Source: Mustelus asterias (lineage: Eukaryota). From it: a stretch of DNA of 64,000 nt. The notes below the pieces were generated by a model, which was not told where the DNA came from, searched no databases, and saw nothing but the letters and a program-made list of their open reading frames with translations. Where the stretch lies: assembly GCF_964213995.1 (NCBI RefSeq), contig NC_135817.1, positions 70,742,001 to 70,806,000 of the forward strand. Reading direction: 5' to 3'. Numbering within the stretch: the stretch's first letter is position 1; each line of letters starts with the position of its first letter. Positions 51,661 through 64,000 of this stretch are shown one piece after another. A program made the translations under genes and the position numbers.

Positions 51661-52256
51661 AACCTTTCTAGTGAACTAGAGGTGGAATCTTTCTTTCTCA
51701 ATCTTTCTTCAGAAACTCGGCCTCTGAGAAGTAGCTGGTATCAGATGGACCACTATATGAGTTGGTTCTGATTTTTAATATCATCTCAGCTGCTCCTGAG
51801 ATCAAAATTCTCCCAAATTCACACTTGGATTTTGAGCTCTTAGTTCACTGAACTCCAGTCATGTACAATTGCCTAGCGAATGCATTTGTTTTCAATTAGT
51901 TCTAGACATGCAGATAAACAAACAACAGATAGTAGCAATGCCATTTTATGTATCTTTGACCTAGATTAATAACCAGATAGCCATAACTGATCAAATGAAA
52001 AGTGTAAATAAATCTAATGTGTTCTTAAAGAGCCCGACAGAGCACATCTTTTTACTTGCCTGTGTAGAAATGTTTTTACAAGGGATGGCTTTAAAAGAGA
52101 ACATTTGAGACGGGGGCAATTAGTAATCTCACATGAAAGGATCATCTGGGGAAGAGTGACCACGATAAAATAATAGAATTTCACATTTAATTCAAGAGTG
52201 ATGTACTTAAACCTGAATCTAGAGTGTTAAACTTACATAAAACCAATTATATAGCT

Positions 52257-52578
52257 AGAATCATAGAATCCTTATCGTGCAGAAGAAGGCCATTCGGCTC
52301 ATCAAGCCTGCACCGATGACAATCCCACGCATGTCCTATCCCCGTAACCCCACATATTTGCCCTGCTAAACCCCTTGTCATGAAGGGGCAACTTAGCACA
52401 TCCAATGCATCTAACCAACACGTCTTTGGACTGTGGGAGGAAACCGGAGCACCCGGAGGAAACCCACGCAGACACGGGGAGAATGTGCAGACTCCACGCA
52501 GACAGTGACCCAAGCCGGGAATTGAACCCAAGTCTCTGGCACTGTGAGGCAGCAGTGCTGATCACTGTGCCACTGTGT
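52257..52578 (-). mobile_element. HE1-like V-SINE
   Basis: Homologous to 1466-1785. Confidence 0.9.
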
Positions 52579-54243
52579 TGTTATAAGGGATGTACAGAAT
52601 AGAAAAGCAAAATAAACTAGCAAGAAATATAAACCAGTTTTTCTGAGCTTCTACAAGTAAGTAAATAGGAAGAGAGTGGTAAATGTGGGTGTCTTCAAGG
52701 CTGAGACAGAAGAAAATATAATGGAGAATAAAGAAATGGCAGAGACAGAAACACATATTTTGTATCTGTCTTCAGAATAGAAGATACAAAAAACCTACCA
52801 GATATGATGGGAAATCAATAGGCTGATGAAAGAACTTGAAGTGATTAATATTGGTAAATAAAATAGTACAGAAGAAATTAATGGGACCAAATAGTCTGGA
52901 CTTAATGACCTACATCCCAAGTTTTAAAAGAAGCTGGTACAGAGATGGTGAATGTGTCTGGTTGGTTTGTGATCTTGATAAACTCTGTGGATTTTGGAAT
53001 GGTCTAAGTGGATTGGTAACAGCCAATGAAGAAAGCAGAAAGGGAGAAAGGAAACAAGGAACATTTGCACCGTTCACCGGGTTGGACACCCACACTGTGT
53101 GAGACTGCGTCTGGTGCCTCACACACCACAGGGACAGCAGTGGAGAATCCTATCGGAGGGAGCAGAATACTCCAAGCTCTGCTCACTTGAATGCAGGTCC
53201 TAAGCTTGGGGCTTTTAATGAACAGCACAGCTCTGGCATGTGCGAGGTTCTGTCAGCCTTTCCAACTGAACTCTGTGCATGTGGACAGAAATTGGGGGCG
53301 TTCACCTCTAGCAGCAGTGCCATGGTATCTCAGGCTTTCACACTGATGTCTATCTAGTTCCATGGAAAGTGTGGCCACTTACATGAAACATCCGACATCG
53401 CTGTCAAATGAGTGCATGCTGGTCCTCACCAATGGGCAGTAAACGTCAAACAGGCAGCTTAAACAGGAACAATGAAAACATCACCTTGGTCCTTCAGAAC
53501 CACACTGATTTGCAGCAAACTGCTCTCTAGCTCACTGGTAGCAGAGAGGTGTGTGTGGATCATGAGAGGGAGGATGGAAGAAGGGACACAGAGGTGGGGG
53601 TCTCTGCTCAAAGCACTCCCAACCCTTCCCCTTTACACTCCCTCCATTAAAGCCCCGGATGCTGCCTCCTGCTGGCTAAGCCTGCCCCTGCACGGGGGGG
53701 CAGACTGAACAGTAATTCACAGGTCTCTTAGAGAATGATAATCTGGAGTATCTCAGCAGCCTGAGTCAGGATATGAGCTTTCTGTCTGTATCTCTGCTGG
53801 ATCCAGCTGTGGGAAGAGTAAGGAATTGTGGTGCGTTAGGGTACGCAATGGGTGTTTAATAATGTTAAGGTTATTCATTTTCTGTTGAATCTTTTGCACA
53901 TTTCTAGTTATTTTTGCATATTTCCCATTTCTGTCTGGCACCAGGTAAGTAGCTTATAGTAAATTGGGAGTTAAAGATGGGCAGTGGAGGTCTGCGACAG
54001 GGATGCTGTGTTGATTGTGGAGTAGCTTTATGTTGAGGGATGGTGAGCACTGGGCCAAGCTGGTGCTGAAGTTGCTTGTCAGATGGGTTCACTGATTCAG
54101 TCTAACTATGTTCAGGTACCCCAGGCATCTCCAGCAGCCATTACACTGGCATGGCTGCTTGTGCCATTCCTCCTCCTCTTACTAATTCTCATTATGTTCC
54201 TTCTCCTCTTACCGCTCCAAAGAGACAGCGTTCTCAGCATCTA

Positions 54244-54590
54244 TGGGCGGCACAGTAGCACAGTGGTTAGCACTGCTGCTTCACAGCTCCAGGGACCTGG
54301 GTTCGATTCCCGGCTTGGGTCACTGTCCGTGTGGAGTTTGCACATTCTCCTCGTGTCTGCGTGGGTTTCCTCCGGGAGCTCCGGTTTCCTCCCACAGTCC
54401 AAAGATGTGCGGGTTAGGTTGATTGGCCATGCTAGAATTGCCCTTAGTGTCCTGAGATGCGTAGGTTAGAGGGATTAGTGGGTAAATATGTAGGGATATG
54501 GGGGTAGGGCCTGGGTGGGATTGTGGTCGGTGCAGACTCAATGGGCCGAATGGCCTCTTTCTGTGCTGTAGGGTTTCTATGATTTCTATA
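54244..54590 (+). mobile_element. HE1-like V-SINE
   Basis: Homologous to 1466-1785. Confidence 0.9.
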
Positions 54591-54712
54591 ATCTTCTTCC
54601 TCCCGCAACCTCAGGTTAGGCTGCTGGGCTAAGGCACAGCAGATCATTATCATTCTTGATCCAAGTTGGTGCATACTGAAGGGCACCCCATAGATCTGGC
54701 CAGGCACTTAGA

Positions 54713-55027
54713 ATTCATAGAATAGTGCAGAAGGAGGTCATTCGGCTCATTGAGTATGACTCTCTGACAGAATAACCCCATAACCCCACACATATATCAT
54801 GGCTAATTATTCTAACCTACACATCTCGGGACACTAAAGGGCAATTGATTATGGTTAATCCACCTAACCCGCACATCTTTGGAGTGTGGCAGGAAACCGG
54901 AACACCCGGTGGAAACCCACGCAGACATGGGGAGAATGTGCAAACTCCACACAGGCAGTCACCCAAGGTCAGAATCGAACCCGGGTCCCTTGTGCTGTGA
55001 GACAGCAAGTGCTAACCACTGTGCCAC
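54713..55027 (-). mobile_element. HE1-like V-SINE
   Basis: Homologous to 1466-1785. Confidence 0.88.
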
Positions 55028-55119
55028 TCTGCCACTCCTTGAAATGCATTTTCAATTTCCCCAATACTTATTCAATGACAACTCTGGTAGTCAGGTGGTT
55101 TCTATTGTACCTTTCCTGG

Positions 55120-55500
55120 GCATCATTGTCTGGTTGCCTAATGGGTGTCATCAGCCTAGTCTGCAGTGGATGGCCACTGTCTCCAAGGAGGCAGCCACAC
55201 ACTCTGGTTTTAGCCGTGGCCTCACAGGGAGGCTTGACCAGTGTAGGATGAAATTATCATGGCAGCTCCCTGCAAATCCTACTGATCTTTTTGTGGTTGT
55301 GCGTAAGATGCACATTAATGGAGTGGAGGCTCTGTCAGTTATGGAAGACTCTAGGGTGATCCAGGGGCTCCTTGATTATCACATGTGCAATCAGTGACTC
55401 CCTCGACCTGTGGGAAGTCAACCAGAGCCACAAAGCTGAGCACCTCCTCATTCTGACTGGCCTCATTATTCTCCACATAATTTTGTGCAAAATTGATAAG
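55120..55500 (-). pseudogene. Harbinger/PIF (HARBI1-like) transposase remnant
   Basis: FPQVEGVTDCT, AGSCHDNFIL and LLGDSGHPLQTRLMTP motifs, separated by frameshifts. Confidence 0.8.
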
Positions 55501-55502
55501 GT

Positions 55503-55920
55503 TTTTGATTTGATTTATTATTGTCACATATATTAGCATAGAGTGAAAAGTATTGTTTCTTGCACACCATATAGACAAAGCATACCATTCATAGAGAAGG
55601 AAACGAGAGGGTGCAGAATGTAGTGTTACAGTCATAGCTAGAGTGTAGAGAAAGATCAACTTAATGCAGGGTAGGTCCATTCAAAAGTCTGATGGCAGCA
55701 GGGAAGAAGCTGTTCTTGAATCGGTTGTTACATGACCTCAGGCTTTTGTATCTTTTTTCAGATAGAAGAAGCTGGAAGAGAGAATGTCCGGGGTGTGTGG
55801 GGTCCTTAATTATGCTGGCTGCTTTGCCAAGGCAGCAGGAAGTGTAGACAGAGTCAATGGATAGGAGACTGGTTTGTGTGATGGATTGGGCTACATTCAC
55901 GACCTTTTGTAGTTTCCTGT
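55503..55920 (-). mobile_element. Rex1-like LINE 3' fragment
   Basis: RKLQKVVNVAQSI..KNSFFPAAIRLLN. Confidence 0.88.
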
Positions 55921-57099
55921 GATATGTATTCGTGCTCAGCAGAGTATGAGATTGTCTACTAACTTGTGTGATATCAAAACTATCAAATGTCCCATTATGC
56001 ACGTAGTTTCGGTATCGCAGCGGTTGTGATGTACTCTTCTTGCAGTGAACATATCATTCCCTTTGGACAGGGAATTGGAGAAGAGGTGCAATGTAAATGA
56101 AAGTTGTTGTTGAACATTTCTGTTCTAGATATTCTTTCTCATTAAGGAACATTTAACTAGTTAATGGTATCTTGTGTTCCGGATGTCACTTTGGTTGCGC
56201 TCAGCAAACATCCTTCCGCCCTCTCGGTACATCAGTGCTAACTCATTCATCACCTGTGGATCATCTTAAGAATCAGTTATAATGTAGATCATCTTAAAGT
56301 TCACAGTCAAGTCTGGCTTTCTTTTGTATCTATTGGTGTAATGCTCAACAACCCACATCAGAGATAACCAATATATTTTAAACATTAAATCTGTGCGTGC
56401 TTTGAGAATCTAGGATATCAGTAGTCAAGAGTTTATTTTTTCTATGAGCCCCAGTAACAAGTCGAGTATGGCTTTGGTTGTCAGCAGTTGCGATCATCCT
56501 TCAGGGTTTCTGCAAATTATCCCCCTTTTGTGTGCATGGCGCCTTATCCTAGTGTCAGCAATCTTATTAGTTTCACATGTTGGAAAAGTGAGCAAATGCT
56601 ACCAGCTCCAACACTGAGTGTGCCTTTAGCTGTGTGGACCTCAAGCTTTGGAATTCCCTCCCTACACTTCCCTCTCTTTCGTTAAGGTGCCTTTTAAAAA
56701 CTATGGGCAGGATCTTCTGTTCCCGCCGAAGTTGACCCCCCCACCATGACTTCCCTGGCTGTAGGACGGGCGAGCCAGGCAAATTGCCATTGACTTTGGT
56801 GGAATAGGAAGTTCCCACTGCCAGCCAATGGAAAGCCACCTTCGCATCAGGAAAACCCACCACAGGAGTGCAGGTGGTGGGGGACACATGGTCTGGAAAT
56901 TTCTGGCCTACCTTTTTGGCCAAGCTTTTGGTCACCAACCTAATATTTCTTAATGTAGCCCAGTGTCAAACTTTGAGTGTCTGATAACAGTCCTGCGAAG
57001 CGATAAATGTAGGTTTTAGCTTATCTTCCAATTCCAGGCTGCCGAGTTTGAAGGGTCAGGAGTTGTCTGATCCCTCAGTTTTTTTTTAAAAAAGCAACG

Positions 57100-57385
57100 T
57101 TTATTTATTAGTCAGAAGCAAGGCTTACATTAACACTGCAATGAAGTTACTGTGAAATTCTCCTAGTCGCCACAGTCCGACACCTGTTTGGGTCAATGCA
57201 CTCTAACCAGCACATCTTTCAGACTGTGGGAGGGAACTGGAGCACCCGGAGAAAACCCAGACACGGGGAGAATGTGCAGACTCCACACAGACAGTGACCC
57301 AAGCCAGGAATCGAACCCAGGCCCCTGGTGCTGTGCGGCAGCAATGCTAACTATTGTGTTAACCACTGTGCTACCATGCCGCCCA
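57100..57385 (-). mobile_element. V-SINE, Rex1-type tail
   Basis: Homologous to 15990-16270. Confidence 0.88.
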
Positions 57386-57933
57386 CGGTTCTCCAGCTCC
57401 ATCTCATGTTCTGATAGATTTTACTGATTAAGTTAGATGTAATTACATGTAATGTGACTTTGTGTTCCCAAATGCACTTTCCCAAGTGTGTATGACATGC
57501 CAAACACTTCTAACAAAAAGTCTAATATAGAACAGTTTTAACAATTAGACTGGGAGGAAAGTGGTAACCAAAGATAACGTGGGCCCTTTATGAAACAGAT
57601 GTGGGTAACATTATAAATGCAAACAAGAAAGTGACAAGACTTTCTGAAATTCCAAGAAAATTGATGATTAACCAAGGACAGGAACTCACTAAATTTAACA
57701 TCAGCAAGATGAAATCAATATTAGGAAAAATAAGTACTGAAGATCAATAAGTTGCCAGGATCTGATGATTTCCACCCCAGGATTTTAAATACATTAGGTA
57801 AGGAAGTTATAAGTGCTTTTGTCATATTCATTCAAAGCTCTCTCAATTCTCAGCCCTAGTTTCGAATGCTTGCCTGAATTTTGATGGTTTGAAAGAGATT
57901 GACTCATTCTGAGGATAGCTGCTACGTGGGTAG

Positions 57934-58774
57934 TAGGGTGGCCATTTCCAAAAAGGAGGACATTGCATACGTGGTCATCCGCCCCAGCCGCCCGCCAACA
58001 ACAACAACAACATCCGCTCAGCCAGCCTCCCAGCGTCGTGTCATCATCGGAAACCGTCCAGAAACAGCCGAGCGCACCATTGCGTCATCCTCGGCAGCCT
58101 CTCCGCCCCCCCCCGCCACTGCCCGAGTCAGCTTTGGCCACCCGCCGGAAATAGCCGAAGATCTCCGGGAGAGTCGCTCTGACCGATTCCACCCACCACC
58201 AACACGTCATCTTCGGCAGTCTCCCCCTCCCCAAGTCAGCTTTGGCCACCCGCCGGAAATAGCCAAAGATCTCCGGGAGAGCCACTCCGACCGATTCCAT
58301 CCCTCCCACTGTGTCATCTTTGGCAACGTGCCGGCTCAGACCAGAACATCATCGCGTCACCATCCGAGATCTCCCTGACTCATCTTCAGATCCCTCTGGA
58401 AACAACCGAGCGCTTGGACACTCGTCCATTGCGTCAGCTTCGGCCAGCGCCTCCACACAGCCGAGAACGTCACCACCCACCCGAACACTCCCGACTCACC
58501 TTCGGCCACCGATCGGAATGAGCCGAGGGCGCTGCGTTCCGACCGAGCATTGCGTCATCTTCGAGGCGCGGAGGTTGCGTCACCGGCCTTCGGGAACTCC
58601 ACGGAACGAAGCTGACTTTGGAAATCCTCCGGAAAGAGCTGAGCGCCTGCCCTTTTTTAGTCAGACCCAAAAAAGGAGGACAAATTAATGTCCAGCTTGA
58701 GGTGGTGCCAGACAGAGGACAGAGTGCTCAAAAGCCGGACTGTCCGGCCTAAAGCCGGACGTCTGGTTTCCCTA
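57934..58774. mobile_element. Non-autonomous hAT DNA transposon
   Basis: TIRs tagggtggcca / tggtttcccta, 8-bp TSD gtgggtag/gtgggcag, subterminal ccggac repeats. Confidence 0.82.
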
Positions 58775-59094
58775 GTGGGCAGACCACCATAATACAAATA
58801 GACACAAAAGAAAGTCAGGCTAGTCTGTGACATTTAAGCAGGCCTCTGGTATATTTGATTCACCAATCGAGGTGATCAGTGGGTTAGCATTGGGCTACTG
58901 AGAGGCAGAAGGATGTTTACTTTTAGCCACAGCTGGTAAACCAAATGATCCTTAATGAGAACTGTTTAGGTCAGAGATGTTCAATCACTTTCTCTCTCTG
59001 GACCATTCAGTTTGCAGAATGAATCCTCATGGGTTATATATTATATATGGCTTAAGACAATGTTCCTAATAATTTCCATTTATCTCAAGCTATG

Positions 59095-59440
59095 ATGCTA
59101 ATGTGGGGGTGTGATGAGGAGTGCAGAACCAGGGGTCACAGCCTGAGGATTCAGGGTAGACCATTTAGGACGGAGGTGAGGAGACATTTCTTTACCCAAA
59201 GAGTTGGTGAGCCTGTGGAATTCATTACCACAAGAAGCAGTTGATGTCCAGACATTGAATTTATTCACGAGGCGGCTGGATATAGCACTTGGGGTGAATG
59301 GGATCAAAGGTTATGAGGAAAAAGCAGGATTAGAGTATTGAATTGGATGATCAGCCATGATCGTAATGAATGGTGGAGCAGGCTCGAAGAGCCAGTTGGG
59401 CTCCTCCTGCTCCTATCTTCTAAATTTCTATGTTTCTAAT
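59095..59440 (+). mobile_element. CR1 LINE 3' fragment
   Basis: RGHSLRI..RRHFFTQRV remnant plus tttctatg tail. Confidence 0.8.
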
Positions 59441-59856
59441 GATCAACACAGTTAATTCTGACATCGTCTATTTTGGATCCACAAGAGCTAAATCTAAGTA
59501 TTTCCTAAATGGTGAAAAGCTAGGTCACTGGAGGTGAAAAGCAATTGAAGGTTCATGCATGCCAATCACTAAAGTGTAAAGGTCAGGTACATAAATTAAT
59601 CAATAAGGTTAGCGGGATAAAGCTAGAAAAACTCAACAGGCCTGACAGCATCTGCGGAGCGAGAAACAAAGTTAATGGGGCGAATTTTACCATCCCGCCC
59701 GCCACGGGAATCGGGTGAGGGGTAGACCACGGAAAATCCATTGACCTCGGGCAGGACTTTCCGGTTTCGGGGCGAGCAAGGCCGGAAAATCTCGGCAGTG
59801 TTTTGAGTCAGGATGACCCGACTCGAAGCGTTAGCTCTATTCTCTCTCCACAAATA

Positions 59857-60024
59857 GGGAAGTTTCATTCAGGGGAGGGAGTCATAAGCACTCACTCAGC
59901 CAGGTTTCTGTCAAGACCACAGATGTCGTGCCCACATAATGGGTGGTGTTGATGTATCAAAATTGTGGTCTTGACAGAAACCTGGCTGAGTGATTATGAC
60001 TCCTTCCCCTTAATGAAGCTTCCC
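59857..60024. repeat. Long inverted repeat (~65-bp arms, perfect 30-bp core)
   Basis: 59892-59921 is the exact reverse complement of 59964-59993. Confidence 0.9.
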
Positions 60025-60684
60025 GATTTGGAGATACCTTGTCCAACTTGCAGCGGTGATGCTGTTGCCTGCATCACTAAATCACACTGTAGTCTGCCCC
60101 ATACGTCTCTATCACTGTCTCATTCTATGAGCACCTAAACTTCCCAGAAGGAGAAAACAATAAAAACTGGGAAATAAGAACCCTGGGTCTAAACGATTCT
60201 TTCCTATTGGGTTATTGTACCCCTCTCACTTCTCATTTCAAATGCAAAATCTTTCACCCCACGCAAGTGCAACACTGCTGCTTTCCTCCCGCTGTCTCCG
60301 CACTACATCCACATTAAGGTCCTTATCAATGAACAAATAACTGGAGGGAGCTGAGGAAAGGGTGTTGGTAGTTGATTCACCGGATGAGCCCACGGGTGGA
60401 AGGGGTGAGTGAGATCAGAAGGAGATCAACAAGTATGCCCCAGTGGCAAGAAAAAGTCCAAACCTTTTGGGGGGTGGGGGTTGGAGGGGGGTGTAGGCTA
60501 GACTAGACCTTGGAGTGGCTAACTCCTGAAGTAATGAACAGGATGCTGGGAATTGGGTGCCCAGATGGCATGGGTGGAAGTCTTGTCTCGGGACTCCGAC
60601 ACCGTATCCCAAAATTTTAAAGTTATATAAAACATCCCTTCAGCTCTCACCTCTCACAACCCACACACTCCCCGTGGCTCATCC

Positions 60685-62830
60685 ATGAGGTGTCAACCTA
60701 ATGAAGCTGCAAAACAGGCTACATGCATGCCAAACAGCATAAGCAGCAAGCAATGAACAGAGCTAAGCTATCCCACAACCATCGGATCAGATCTAAGCTC
60801 TGTAATCCTATCACATCCAGTTGTGAATGGTGGTGGACAATTAAGGAATTCACTGGAGGGGAAGGCTCCACAAATATCCTCATCCTCACTGATGGAGGAA
60901 CCCAGCACATCTGTGCAAAAGATTTGGCTAAAGCAACAATCTTCAGCCAGAAATGCCGAGTGGATGATCTATCTCGGCCTCCTCTGGGGGTCCCCATCAT
61001 CCCAGATGCCAGTCTTCAGCCAATTTGATTCACTCCATGTGCTATCACAAAATGGCCGAAGGTGTTGGATACGGCAGAGGCTGTGGGCCTGACAATATTC
61101 TGGCAATGGTACTGATGACTTGTGCTCCAGTACTTGTCGTGTATCTTGCCAAGCTGCTCCAGTACAGCTACAACACTGGTATCTATCCAGCAATGTGGAA
61201 AACTGCCAGGTATGTCTTGTACATAATCGGACACAGCCAATTACTGCCTCATTAGCCTACTCTGAATTGTCAAAGTGATAGAAGGGGTCATCAACAATAC
61301 TGTCGGCAATAACCTGATCACTCACCTCTGTTTGGGTTCTGCAAGGGTCACTCAGCCCTTGACCTTGTTACAACCTTGGTTCAAACATGGACAAAAGGAC
61401 TGAACTCCAGAGCTGAGATGAGAGTGACTGCCCTTGACATCAAGGCGGTATTTGACCGATTATGGCATCAAGGAGCCCTGGCAAAACTGGAGTCAGTGGG
61501 AATCAGGGGGAAGATTCTGCGTTGGTTGGAGCCACACCTAGCGCAAAGTAAAATGGTTGTGGTTGTTGGAGGTCAAACATCTCAGTCTCAGGATATTATT
61601 GCAGGAATCCCTCAGGGTAGTGTCCTCAGCCCAACTGTCTTCAGCTGCTTCATCAATGATTTTTTTTCATCATAAGGTCCAAAGTGGGAATGTTTTGTGA
61701 TGATTGCACAATATTGAGAACCATTTGTGACTCCTCAGAAACTGAAGCAGTCCATGGGCATGTACAGCAAGACCCGGACAATATCCAGACTTGGGCTGAC
61801 AAGCAGCAAGTAACATTTGTGCTACAGAAGTGCCAGGCAATGACCATCTCCAACAAGAGAGAATCTAAGCACTGCCCCTTCACATTCAATGGCATTAGCA
61901 CTGCTGAATCCCCCACTATTAATATCCTGGGAGGTTACCATTGATCAGAAACTGAACTGGATTAACCATAGAAATACTGTGGTGACAAGGGCAGGTCAAA
62001 GGCTGGGAATCCTGCAGTGACTAACTCACTTCCTGACTCCCCAAAATCTATCGACCATCTACAAAGCACAGGTCAGGAGTATAATGCAATGCTCTCCTTT
62101 TGCCTTGATGAGTACAGCTCCAAGACTCAAGAAGCTCGACGCCTTCCAGGCCAAAGCAGCCCGCTTGACTGCTATCCTTTCCACAAACATTCAATCCCTC
62201 CCCAGAAGGGAAAAAACAGTAGAACTGGGAAATAAGAATACTGGTCTCAACTAGTCCAAAGGTGTATGGGTTAGGTAGATTGGCCATGCTAAATTTTCCC
62301 CCAGTGTACCCAAACAGGCACCAGAGTGTGGCGACTAGGGGATTTTCACAGTAACTTCATTGCAGTGTTAATGTAAGCATACTTGTGACTAATAAATAAA
62401 CTTTACTTTACTTTACTTTAAGTAAAATGGAACAACAGTAACATGGGGAAATAAGAATATTGGTCCAGACCATTTTTTCCACACAGTGGCAACCATGTGT
62501 ACCACCTACAAGATGCACCGCAGGGGCTCACCAAGATCCCTTAGACAGCACCTTCCAAATCTGCAACCACTACTATCTTGGAGGACAAGAGCAGCAGACA
62601 CATGGGAACACCACCAGCTGCAACTTTCTTTCCAAGCCACTCACTATCCTGACTTGGAAATATATCTCTGTTCCTTCAGTGCTGCTGGGTCAACATTCTG
62701 GAACTCCAACAACACTGTGGATGTAGCTACACCATAGAAACTGCAGTGAAACAAGAAGGAAGCTCACCACCACCTTCTCAAGGGTAATTCAGGATGGGCA
62801 GTAAGTGCTGGCCAGCCAGTGATGCCCATG
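60685..62830 (+). mobile_element. Degenerate CR1/L2-group LINE (RT and 3' UTR)
   Basis: ALDIKAVFDRLWH, IPQGSVLSPTVFSCFIND, MFCDDCT; tail ..gatgggcagtaagtgctggccagcc. Confidence 0.88.
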
Positions 62831-63491
62831 ACTGAGTAAAAGAAATGTACCATGTCAACCACATTGCCTCCCACTGTTACCCCCTCATCAAAGACTTGGT
62901 GAATTTATTGAGATATAATTTTTCCTTCACAAATATGTGCTGGTCCTCCTTTTTTATCCATGCTTGCCCCAGTGGCTGTTAATTGTCTTCAATATTATTA
63001 ATATTTCCAAATGTTTCCATACCATCAGTGTTAATCAGATTGGTTGGAATTGCCAGGTTTACCCTCACTCCTTTTTGATCAAGGGTGTAACAGTTGCAGG
63101 CTTCAATATTTTTGACACCAATCTAACATCTGAGAAGAATTGGGAAGCTGTGGTCAGGGGCTCTATAATTTATATTCTTATTTCCCTTAGCAACCTAATG
63201 ATCAGGCTTAACTACTTTAACTAATGCAGCCTTTCTGGCCCCTCTTCTATATTTACTTTTCCCAACAACGTCCTCATTTATCAGAACGCTGGCAAACCCT
63301 CTTCCTTGGTTTACGCCCATTCAAAGTACTCATTTAAGTACCTAGGCCCTACTTTCCCCATTCACTAATAGAGTTTAATTTTAGTCCCTAATAAGGCCCA
63401 ACAATGGCAACCTTTACTCTTCATATGCCATCGAAAACCTTTGAACCTTTTTGCTAATCACCAAGTTATTTGCATCCATCTATTTGCCCCT

Positions 63492-63769
63492 TGTGGTGAA
63501 CCATAGATGGTTACCACTATGGGTACTTGTACATATGTTACTCTTGTTACTGTTGGGGTTAGGGTTTGGGTGTTCCACCTGTTATTATTGTTTATGTGGT
63601 ACACTCCGTTCGGCTCCGCCTTCTTACAGGAGTATAAAGGTCACTGCTACTTCCTAGTAGCCCTTAGTCTGGGATAATATTGTTAAGTAGCGTGCTCCTA
63701 TCTTGTTGTGAATAAAAGCCTTTATTCCCAGGTACGTCCTAGCCTTCCGTGTGAATCAATCGCGCATCA
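63492..63769 (+). mobile_element. Solo LTR (Gypsy-like, 278 bp)
   Basis: TG..CA termini, 5-bp TSD cccct, TATAAA ~63633, AATAAA ~63711. Confidence 0.88.
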
Positions 63770-64000
63770 CCCCTCTTATTTCCTTTTCATTTCCATTTCA
63801 CCTTCAGTCTGACTCTCCCTTGTATTATTAAGTTGAAGTCTGTCACATGCTCCCCCTTTCTGCTTTTCCTATTCTCCCATGCCTTTGTTATCCAGGGAGC
63901 AATGGCTTTGGCTGTGGGAATAAGGTGGGAAAGTGGAGATAAGGATTATAGAATCAAGACATTTTATAGCACAAAAGGAGGCCATTCGGCCCATTGTATC

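Noticed and set aside
54083-54469. ORF with a hydrophobic TM-like stretch
   Set aside because: Low-complexity CT-rich sequence running into a SINE, with no splice support.
57899-58688. Pro/Ser/Arg-rich ORFs and a CRISPR-like repeat impression
   Set aside because: GC-rich interior of a hAT element; repeats are degenerate and irregularly spaced, in a vertebrate context with no cas genes.

Overview
Cartilaginous-fish (shark) genomic DNA, judged from HE1-type V-SINEs, SacSINE1-like DeuSINEs and CR1/Rex1/Penelope elements. The window holds one intact multi-exon gene on the minus strand: a putative non-coding exon 1 at ~39.4 kb, then leader 31640-31703, VJ-type Ig domain 30684-31049, C1-set Ig domain 25175-25480, TM 22966-23075 and tail 22179-22211. 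The 879-bp CDS encodes 292 aa: a non-rearranging, antigen-receptor-like VJ-C1 receptor with a charged TM Arg and no signalling motif, similar to NKp30/TMIGD2 in its V domain. The first ~10 kb is repeat-poor and looks like the long 3' UTR of an unseen plus-strand gene. The rest is dense in transposons. Notable elements are two nested, oppositely oriented U2-snRNA-headed retroposons, palindromic Penelope insertions with hammerhead ribozymes and nearby micro-insertions, two solo LTRs, a non-autonomous LTR element, a hAT element with an internal motif array, and Harbinger relics. There is one 611-N assembly gap. Repeat boundaries are approximate unless a target-site duplication (TSD) is quoted.
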